Assembly (NCBI GenBank): GCA_934141535.1
Contig: CAKPCH010000006.1
Coordinates: forward strand, 3,434-67,433
Reading direction: 5' to 3'
Length of the DNA: 64,000 nt
Source of the DNA: an uncultured Bacilli bacterium
Lineage (GTDB): Bacteria; Bacillota_I; Bacilli_A; RF39; UBA660
The number at the start of each line of letters is the position of its first letter. The stretch's first letter is position 1. Position numbers and translations under genes: made by a program. Shown here piece by piece: positions 50,440 through 58,600 of the stretch. Below the pieces are notes generated by a model. That model saw nothing but the letters and a program-made list of their open reading frames with translations. It searched no databases and was not told where the DNA came from.

Positions 50440-50817
50440 TCATAAATGTTTAGCCTCAAAAACTTCGGTTGGTTTTTCTCCTTGTAAATATAATCTATAC
50501 TCCTCGTCTGAAAAACCATACTCAATAATGTTTGATGGAATATACATCATTTTAGCTAAAGCAACAATTATAGCATTTTTTGTAAATGGACCATTCACCA
50601 ATAAATTAAATCTATCATCAACACGATAAATATACCAATTATTATTTTTATTATAGCATCCTATTGCACCTGGCTTGTTTACACAATTATTTATAAATAA
50701 ATTATCAGGTTCTATTTTCTCGTCAGGGTTTTCTAAGTTGTATAGATAAATATACCTTCCCAAAATATTTCTTATTTCTAGTTCTTCATTTTTTATTTTT
50801 AAATTTTGTTCTTCCAT
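50440..50817 (-). CDS. Candidate immunity protein for the upstream polymorphic toxin
   Basis: 125-aa cytoplasmic ORF immediately downstream of the toxin gene (18-nt gap). Assigned by position only. Confidence 0.4.
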   Translation of the reverse strand: MEEQNLKIKNEELEIRNILGRYIYLYNLENPDEKIEPDNLFINNCVNKPGAIGCYNKNNNWYIYRVDDRFNLLVNGPFTKNAIIVALAKMMYIPSNIIEYGFSDEEYRLYLQGEKPTEVFEAKHL

Positions 50818-50835
50818 ATTTTTCCTCCTCTTTTA

Positions 50836-52605
50836 TTAAAATGTTATGCTTCTTAAATCAGTAATAATTCTAGCTCTTTTTAGTGTTCCAAATGAAAATA
50901 TTGAATTCATTTGACCTGCTTCTCCATCCATTTTAACTGATAAAGTTGCCCAAGAAGCTGCTTTGCCTGAATACCCATATTTAGATTGTTGGTTTGGTTT
51001 TAAAACTTCATTTAATCCACCATTTCCACCTATTTCTGGAAGAGAATCAAATGAATTAAAATCTCTTATCATTGCTTCAGCAACTTCTTCAGAATACCCT
51101 AAATTCACTAATCGTCTGACTTTTGAAATATCATCTACAGTACCAGAGCAAACATCTATTGCCTCTATATATTTATTTCCATCAAATATACCTGCTGTTC
51201 CATTAGATGAAGACGATGGTAAACTTCTTTGTGAAGATGTTGATTCCCAATCAGTACCTAACGCATGTCCTCCATCACCGCCTACTCTACTAACTTTTAT
51301 TTTACCATCTGGGTAAGAATCTATTAAAGTTTTAAGTGATCCAATAGTCTCTGGATCATATCCAGCATGATCAGGCCATTTTAAGTTAAAATTAGCTGTC
51401 TTGTACTCAGAATTATACCCTTCGAACTTAATAAATTCAGCTGCATTTTTGCTAGTTATAAGATCGTATGTTTTTAAATTACTTTTAAAATATTTATTAT
51501 CACTATTTTCAACAACACTATATACTTGTTTACTACTCAGGCTTTCAAAACGTCTTTGTAATTCTTGAATACTTTTAGCATCAAGATTTTCCATATTATT
51601 TATATTATCATAAACTTTCTTATAATTATTATATCCTTTAATACCATTATAACCAGTACTAACTCCACCTATTGTACCTGCCATTGCAGTTTGTAATAAA
51701 GCACCAGATTTTTTATAATAATCCCAAAATCCATTATATAATAGATTCCCGTTTTCATCAACAACATCTTCTCCATAAGTAATATATTGAATACCTGAAT
51801 TTAAAACTGGTTCTGCTGCTGATACTCCAGCTCCAGCTAATGTATATCCAACTACACCAGCAAGAGAAGTAGCACCTTTTGCTGCCACTTGAACTTCTTT
51901 TAATGCCCCTCCAGATGCTGCTCCTATAACTCCTGCCACAGTTCCACAAGTAAATGCTTGATCAAAATTTGCTCCACTACTTAGTGCCATTTCTGAGGCA
52001 CTTCCTGCTGCAGTAACAGCTCCTACTGTTGCAGTTACTACCGCTCCACCTGGCACACATGAAAGAGCAATATAAGCTGCCGTTGTTCCTACCATACTAC
52101 CAGCTGTATGAACCCAACTATGGGCTATATCTTGATCTACTCCTTGAAATTTTATTGCTTCATCATAAAGTGCTTCAGTCCAATCATATGCAACTACATT
52201 ACCAGTACTTTCTTTAATTTCTAAAGCTTTATCTTCATCCCAAATAGATACAACGCCACTTGCTATAGCACCACCAGCCATAATCAGGGCATCTCCAACA
52301 TTTTCTACTAATTCCAAAACACCAAAAGTAAGAGAAGTTTGAAATGTTACTCCATAATCTCTTATTGTTTTTAGAACATTGAAAGCACTCTCATACCATT
52401 CTTCTTGATCAAGTGATTTTGCTTTTTCTATTGACTCTTCTAAATCAATTTTATTATAATCTATATCTTCATATTTATAATAATTATCTGAGTCTATTTT
52501 AGAATCACTATAAAATTTATTTTTAAATACATTATTAGTATTATTAGCTTTAACATTATAAGATTTAACGCTATTTAATTTTATTGCTGTACTTCCAAAA
52601 TTCAC
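50836..52605 (-). CDS. Polymorphic toxin-like secreted protein with Gly/Ala-zipper hydrophobic segment and C-terminal putative toxin domain
   Basis: 589 aa. GTG start at 52605 with an AAGGAA RBS 7 nt upstream. Residues 100-280 form a G/A/S/T/V-rich stretch with repeated small-xxx-small spacing. The C-terminal 200 aa are globular (KWPDHAGYDPETIG...VSRVGGDGGHALGTDWESTSSQR). Confidence 0.55.
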   Translation of the reverse strand: MNFGSTAIKLNSVKSYNVKANNTNNVFKNKFYSDSKIDSDNYYKYEDIDYNKIDLEESIEKAKSLDQEEWYESAFNVLKTIRDYGVTFQTSLTFGVLELVENVGDALIMAGGAIASGVVSIWDEDKALEIKESTGNVVAYDWTEALYDEAIKFQGVDQDIAHSWVHTAGSMVGTTAAYIALSCVPGGAVVTATVGAVTAAGSASEMALSSGANFDQAFTCGTVAGVIGAASGGALKEVQVAAKGATSLAGVVGYTLAGAGVSAAEPVLNSGIQYITYGEDVVDENGNLLYNGFWDYYKKSGALLQTAMAGTIGGVSTGYNGIKGYNNYKKVYDNINNMENLDAKSIQELQRRFESLSSKQVYSVVENSDNKYFKSNLKTYDLITSKNAAEFIKFEGYNSEYKTANFNLKWPDHAGYDPETIGSLKTLIDSYPDGKIKVSRVGGDGGHALGTDWESTSSQRSLPSSSSNGTAGIFDGNKYIEAIDVCSGTVDDISKVRRLVNLGYSEEVAEAMIRDFNSFDSLPEIGGNGGLNEVLKPNQQSKYGYSGKAASWATLSVKMDGEAGQMNSIFSFGTLKRARIITDLRSITF

Positions 52606-52619
52606 ATTATCATTCCTTA

Positions 52620-53897
52620 CTAACTATGTCCAACAAAATCCCCTATCTTTGTTTCAGTAGTTTTATATGAATCTACTTTTATACTAGAATTTTTTATATT
52701 TCCTAAGTTTATCTTAGTATCATCTTCTTTTATATCTACATTATCATTTAAATTAAAAGTACTATTATCTTTAAAATCTATATTAGTAGTTTTTGTATCA
52801 TAATTATTTATATTATTAGTTAAATTATTTAAATCTTTATTATATTTATAATTAATATTATTATCACCACTTGAATAACTAGTTACATTATTTTTTATAT
52901 TATTAAAATCATCATCAATTTCAAATAGTATATCTTTTCTTTTTGCTTGAGTTTTATTAACATTATCAGTTAAACTATTTATATCTTCTAAATCTATATT
53001 ATTTATTGAAGTTGATTTATTAGAAATAGAATTTATATTATTATTAAGCCCTTTAATATCTTCTTCTTTTAATTTATCAATAGCCGTATTATTAGTCATA
53101 TAACTATTTAAATTATTATTTATTCCTTTAATTCTTTCTTGTTTACTAAATTCTATATTATTGTTATTCTGATAACTATTATTAATATCACTTGATAATT
53201 TATTATTTACTTCTATGTTTTTATTTATTTTATTATCCACTGTATTTGATATGGATAAAGTACGATCTAAATCTTTTTTCATAACTCTCATATCATTTAA
53301 TTTCCAATTATAATTAGATACTTTTAAATCAAACTCATATCCTTTTTTTCTTGTTAATCTAAATCTTGAATTATATAATTCATTATTAATACTTCTAGTA
53401 AAATTATCTATTGTATTTAATAAATTACTAGTTAATTTTTTTATATTTTTTATCTCATTTCTTAATGTATAGATAAGATTTATATTTTCAAAATCTGTAC
53501 CAAATTTATTTATATTTATATAATTTAAACTATTATTCATAAGTGCGATTATATTATTTAAATTTCTTTTACAATCATTAATTTTATTATCGTCAAATTT
53601 AAAAGTTGTAAAGTTTCTTTTATATCCATATTTATAGCATATATTATCTATATTATTTTTAAATGTTTCTATTTCTGTATATAATCCATCTAAATAATTA
53701 AAATAATTATTTAATTTATACTTATCTTTTTTTACCTTATCTAGGAATGAATATGAATTTGTATCATTCCATGAATTTTGTGTATATGAAAGTCCTCTAT
53801 ATACATAAGATAAATCGTTTAATATATTTTTTTTATAGTATCTATATCTATCTATATTATTGTTTATATTAGGTATATTTAGTTTAAAATAAGTCAT
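52620..53897 (-). CDS. Asn-rich low-complexity protein of the T7SS substrate operon
   Basis: 425 aa, about 25 percent Asn, predicted helical/coiled-coil with no TM helix. Has an AGGTGAT RBS and is preceded by a 71-aa helical ORF. Confidence 0.45.
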   Translation of the reverse strand: MTYFKLNIPNINNNIDRYRYYKKNILNDLSYVYRGLSYTQNSWNDTNSYSFLDKVKKDKYKLNNYFNYLDGLYTEIETFKNNIDNICYKYGYKRNFTTFKFDDNKINDCKRNLNNIIALMNNSLNYININKFGTDFENINLIYTLRNEIKNIKKLTSNLLNTIDNFTRSINNELYNSRFRLTRKKGYEFDLKVSNYNWKLNDMRVMKKDLDRTLSISNTVDNKINKNIEVNNKLSSDINNSYQNNNNIEFSKQERIKGINNNLNSYMTNNTAIDKLKEEDIKGLNNNINSISNKSTSINNIDLEDINSLTDNVNKTQAKRKDILFEIDDDFNNIKNNVTSYSSGDNNINYKYNKDLNNLTNNINNYDTKTTNIDFKDNSTFNLNDNVDIKEDDTKINLGNIKNSSIKVDSYKTTETKIGDFVGHS

Positions 53898-53905
53898 TAT
53901 ATCAC

Positions 53906-54121
53906 CTACATATTACCTATTTTAGGTATTATTTTATTATTTAAATTACTGATTTGATTATTTATTTTATTATTTATTGTATTAATTGAATTAGTACAAA
54001 AAGTCTCATTGTTTATAATTATTGAATCAGCTAATATTTTTTTTACTTCATTTAAATTGTATTTAGCACTATTTAAGTTTGCTTTAACCCTTTTCATATT
54101 TCTTATTAATTCATCATTCAT
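53906..54121 (-). CDS. Small helical protein (candidate T7SS substrate chaperone/adaptor)
   Basis: 71 aa, predicted single helical hairpin, GGAGAAG RBS. Its stop overlaps the RBS of the next gene. Confidence 0.4.
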   Translation of the reverse strand: MNDELIRNMKRVKANLNSAKYNLNEVKKILADSIIINNETFCTNSINTINNKINNQISNLNNKIIPKIGNM

Positions 54122-54199
54122 ATTATCTTCTCCATTTTTAGATAAAGGTTATCTTTTTATAACAGCCCTTATCTAAAAATAGTAATAAAATTACTATTT

Positions 54200-54934
54200 T
54201 TAACTCCATCTTGAAGAGCCTAAATCATTTAATGAAGCATCTACATTACTGCTAGCTTGAGTAAATTGTTCTTTAATATCGTTTGTAGCACCTATATAAC
54301 TAGTTCCAGCTAATGCATCTAAAGCATCATTCATATCTTTAATAGCAATTGTAACTTCTGCTATAGCTCTACCCACTTGTTCTACATATGCTTTTATACT
54401 AGAAGTTTGTTCTCCAAAGAAAGCTTGATTTGCATCTATTTCTTGGAAAAGTCCTTCTGTTTTCTTTTTGATTTCACCAACAAAAGATACAACTGCCTCT
54501 TGAATAGCTGTTTTACTTGAATTATCTTTTAAACCTCTATCATCAGAATTACCTATTGTTCTTATTCTAGGTTTAATTATTTGTTCATTTTTATCTACTC
54601 TTGGTACATCTATTTTAAATCTTCCTTTACCTTCTGCCATACTTCCATCTAATGTATTTCTTTGTTGAAAATCATACCAAGATTGAGCCAAACCTGCTAT
54701 TGTATTTAAACAATTTTCAGTTAAACTAGAAGCATTTACATAAAGAGTGCAAATACGTGTTGCTAAATTTTTTTCAAAGCTTTGTTCATCCTCTCCTACC
54801 CAATTCTCTTGAAGAACATTTGCCACACTATTCCATTGTTCTCTTGTATAAATTCCTAAATTTTTATAAGCACTTGCTATTTTATCCATTAAATCATTTG
54901 CTTGCTTTACATTATAACCTATTGCGAATGCCAT
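54200..54934 (-). CDS. Extended WXG100-like protein (candidate T7SS substrate)
   Basis: 244 aa. Residues 40-55 read LQENWVGEDEQSF, which matches the EsxA W-x-G loop (AANWEGQAFSRF in S. aureus EsxA as I recall it) at the same distance from the N-terminus. A helical C-terminal extension of about 140 aa follows. Confidence 0.5.
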   Translation of the reverse strand: MAFAIGYNVKQANDLMDKIASAYKNLGIYTREQWNSVANVLQENWVGEDEQSFEKNLATRICTLYVNASSLTENCLNTIAGLAQSWYDFQQRNTLDGSMAEGKGRFKIDVPRVDKNEQIIKPRIRTIGNSDDRGLKDNSSKTAIQEAVVSFVGEIKKKTEGLFQEIDANQAFFGEQTSSIKAYVEQVGRAIAEVTIAIKDMNDALDALAGTSYIGATNDIKEQFTQASSNVDASLNDLGSSRWS

Positions 54935-54946
54935 ATTCTTACCTCC

Positions 54947-55249
54947 CTATAAAATATTAGAATTCATATGATTAATTTGTGATTTTAAATGTTGATCTTG
55001 ATTTATATAACTATACTTAACTAAATAAAGTATATCCGAATAATTTTCTATCATTTTTGATATGGTATCTATATTTTTTTTCTCTTTCTGTGGCTCAATA
55101 AAAAGAAATTCTAAACTAGTACCACTATAACATTTATCTAATTCATTAATAGTTTCTATTAATTTAGTCTTACTTGTATTAAATGAATTAAGATACATAT
55201 TATTTTTTTTTATAAGTGAATCTATATTATCAACATTAACACCTATCAT
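54947..55249 (-). CDS. Small helical protein, first gene of the substrate operon
   Basis: 100 aa with a GGGAGGA RBS. Starts just after the esaB terminator. Similar in size to WXG100/Lap-type helpers but contains no Trp. Confidence 0.4.
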   Translation of the reverse strand: MIGVNVDNIDSLIKKNNMYLNSFNTSKTKLIETINELDKCYSGTSLEFLFIEPQKEKKNIDTISKMIENYSDILYLVKYSYINQDQHLKSQINHMNSNIL

Positions 55250-55362
55250 ATAATCCTCCCAAGTAGCATGCTTTCTCTTACTCTTGCTACTATAAAAATT
55301 ATAGATTAATTATATGTCGTTTTTGTTGCTTAACCTATATTGGAATATGATATGCCTATTTT

Positions 55363-55388
55363 GGTATAAAAAAAGGCTTAAAGCCTTT
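55363..55388 (-). terminator. Intrinsic terminator immediately downstream of esaB
   Basis: Minus strand: AAAGGCTT-ta-AAGCCTTT followed by TTTTT. It separates essC-esaB from the substrate/toxin genes. Confidence 0.55.
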
Positions 55389-55389
55389 C

Positions 55390-55644
55390 TTAAATTAATA
55401 TTAATTTTTTATCATTTTTTATGTTTGTATCTCTAATTATTAATGATATATCATAAACAAGTGAAGTATCGGGATCTAATAAATAATGTTTTTTATCTAA
55501 ATCAAAATTTGAATCTGATAGTTCATATACTGATTTTAAAATAAGTTCTAAAACTTTATTTACCGTTTCATTAGTTGGAATATATATTTCATAGTACTCA
55601 TCAATATTAGGAATATATACATTAACAAGAACCTTATTCTTCAT
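55390..55644 (-). CDS. esaB: YukD/EsaB-like ubiquitin-fold protein
   Basis: About 85 aa from the Met of MKNKVLVNVYI. The beta-grasp pattern and C-terminus (IIRDTNIKNDKKLILI) match B. subtilis YukD (GITNGDRLEIL) as I recall it. Immediately downstream of essC. Confidence 0.65.
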   Translation of the reverse strand: MKNKVLVNVYIPNIDEYYEIYIPTNETVNKVLELILKSVYELSDSNFDLDKKHYLLDPDTSLVYDISLIIRDTNIKNDKKLILI

Positions 55645-58600
55645 CTTCTCTAACCTTCTTCCCAACTATCTTAATAAGTTCTGCTTCACCATTTTTAGCA
55701 ACCCATGCATATTGTTTATCGATAACCTCTTTAAATCTATTATTATAATCGTTACAACTTATAACAGTTTGTTCTATAAATCCATTTCCTACCCATATAC
55801 CATTAGAATTATTAGTAATATCAGAATACCAATTCTCAAAGCTAACTTTCTTTAATTTGAAACTAGAATCTACAAATAATAAATTAACATTTGGTAGTGT
55901 TTTTATTCCTTTAAAGAAACCATTAAATTTTTTATCATTCATACTACCTTGAAATTTTTCAAGGCCTGCTATTATACATAGTACCTTAACATTTTTTCCA
56001 TCTATTTCTTTATCTAGAAATTGTTCAAATCTAAGTATAAATTCTTCAAAATTTTTATCAGCATACGTATTAACAGTTCCACCTAACTCTACTAATTCTT
56101 GTTCTGTATCTATTAAAACTACCATGTTACCAAGTTTTCTTGTTCCATATATTATAGTTTTTAATAAATCAATGCAACTTTTAACATCTTTAGAACTAAT
56201 AATGGTTGCTTTATCATTAAAGAAATTATAACCCATTACTTTTAAATTACGTTTTATCATACCTATTGGTAAATTATTAATGTTAGTAATAGACGAATCT
56301 AAATCCTCAATTGTCAATTCTTCTTTTAGTACAGGAATACTAGGAGCACTATTTTTACTTACTTTTAATACTTGATTTATTCTATTTTTGACAAACTCAA
56401 CTAAATTATCCTGATTAGTAACTTGAGCAGTTTGAAACTCATAAACTTCTTCATTTCTATAAAGTCCTCTACCATCATATGATGCTGGATATACATTGCC
56501 TATTTTTCCTAATATATCAATATAATCACTTTTATCTGGCATATCAAGTACAAAAGTATGATTAAAATTGCGTTCTATTTTACTATATATACTATGAGAA
56601 TTCGTAGCACTTATTATAAATATTATTCCATATCTTTCTCCTTCACGAGTAAGTTTAATTAATATATCTTCCAAAGAAGAATAAGACTCCTTAAATGAAT
56701 CATAATTATTTATAATAATTAATTTTATAGGTACTCTTTTACCACTATTTTTTATATAGTTTTTATACTCTCCATTATAATCAGCAAATAACTTTTTACG
56801 TTCTTTTATTTCTTCATTAATAAGACCAATTAGTTTTAATAATTTATCTTTTTCACTAGCATATACAATATCTCCAACTTGTGGAAATTTTTCATACATT
56901 CTTAACGATTCACTACCAAAGTCTATAATATATATATTTATATCGCCTGCTAAATGTTTTATACATAAAGAATATATTATAGATGATAAAAACATTTCTC
57001 TATTTGTACCAGATGATCCATATACTAAAGTATTTGCCTCATCATTTAGTTTAAGAGTTAATATATCTTGATATTGTTTAGATGGTGCATCATACTCTCC
57101 TATAATCGCCTCAACTTCATTTGATTTAAAATTATATTTATTTATAATATCATCAACATATATATCTTTTTCTATAGCATCCAACCATAAATTTTTAGTC
57201 TTTATGTTTTCTTTATTAGCTAAAGTACATATATATTTCATTATATTTGATAATTCATCACCATTATCTACTTTTTTAACTTCCTTAGTGTTTGCTACAT
57301 TTTTAATTACTTGACCTACATTATCTATTATTGATATTGATCTGTCATATTTTTTCTTTACCTGATCAGTAGCAAAATATGGCATACCAGCATACCCAGA
57401 TTGACCTAAAACAAATATTTCATCATTACCAACCTGAAGATAAAATCTACCTGCATTAGTGATATCTGCTGCTTCCGGACGTTTTAACATTTCATGTGAA
57501 TCTGATTTGTCTTGAACTTTTAGACAAACTCTAAATTTAGTATTTGACCAAATTTGATCATTAACAACACCACTTGGTTTTTGTGTTGCAAGTATTAAAT
57601 GTACACCAAGTGATCTACCTATACGAGCAGCTGAAATTAAATCATCCATAAATTCTGGTTGCTGTGCTTTTAATTCAGCAAATTCATCGCTTATTATGAA
57701 TAAATGTGGCATAGGTTCTTTTATTTTGCCTTCTCTAAAAAATTTCTGATATTTATATATATCTATTGTACTTTCTCCTAGTTTATCTCTTACTTCATTA
57801 AATACTTTTTGTCTTCTCTTAAGTTCACTATCTATACTTACTAAAGTTCTATTTAATGAAGCTTTATCTAAGTTTGTTATAGTACCTGCAAGATGTGGTA
57901 ATCTATACCCTTGAGTTTTATTTTCAAAAGCACCTGCAAGTCCTCCACCTTTGTAATCTATTAAAATAAACGCCACTTCATCAGGACTATAATTGATTAT
58001 CATGGATAGAATATACGTTATTATAAATTCTGACTTACCACTTCCTGTTGTACCTGCTATTAAGCCATGTGGTCCATGATACTTTTCATGCAAATCAAGC
58101 CATATAGGATTTCCTTCATCATTAATACCTACTTGAGCCCTTAATGACTTCATAGGATTATTAAGCCTCCATCTATTAAGGGCATTTAATTGTTCTACCT
58201 TACCAACATTATACATTTCTAAGAATCCTAAAGATGTTGGAAGTGATCTTAAATCTTCTACAAATTCTATTGGAATATTTGATAAAGTCTTAATACAATT
58301 TATCATGTTTATATTTGGATTTATTTCTTTAGTAAAACCTTGCTCATAATAATTATCCTTTTGTGTTGAAAGAATAGCTGCATTTCCTTGAAGTGATATA
58401 AAATTGACACATTCACTAGGCAATTTACCAAGTCTATTTTCAATACAAATTATACTAAAACCTAAATTTTGCTTATTATTTAAAATTTTATCAATAATAC
58501 CTATCTTTCTTATCATAGGATAATCATCCGTAATTATTAAGTAATATGGAGAATATGTATTATTTTCCTGAACTTCATTTTCAACTACATCAGCACTATC

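Noticed and set aside
52620-53897. Asn-rich runs as a tandem DNA repeat or CRISPR-like array
   Set aside because: No exact direct repeats of fixed period. The low complexity is at protein level (AAT/AAC codon richness) within one continuous ORF.
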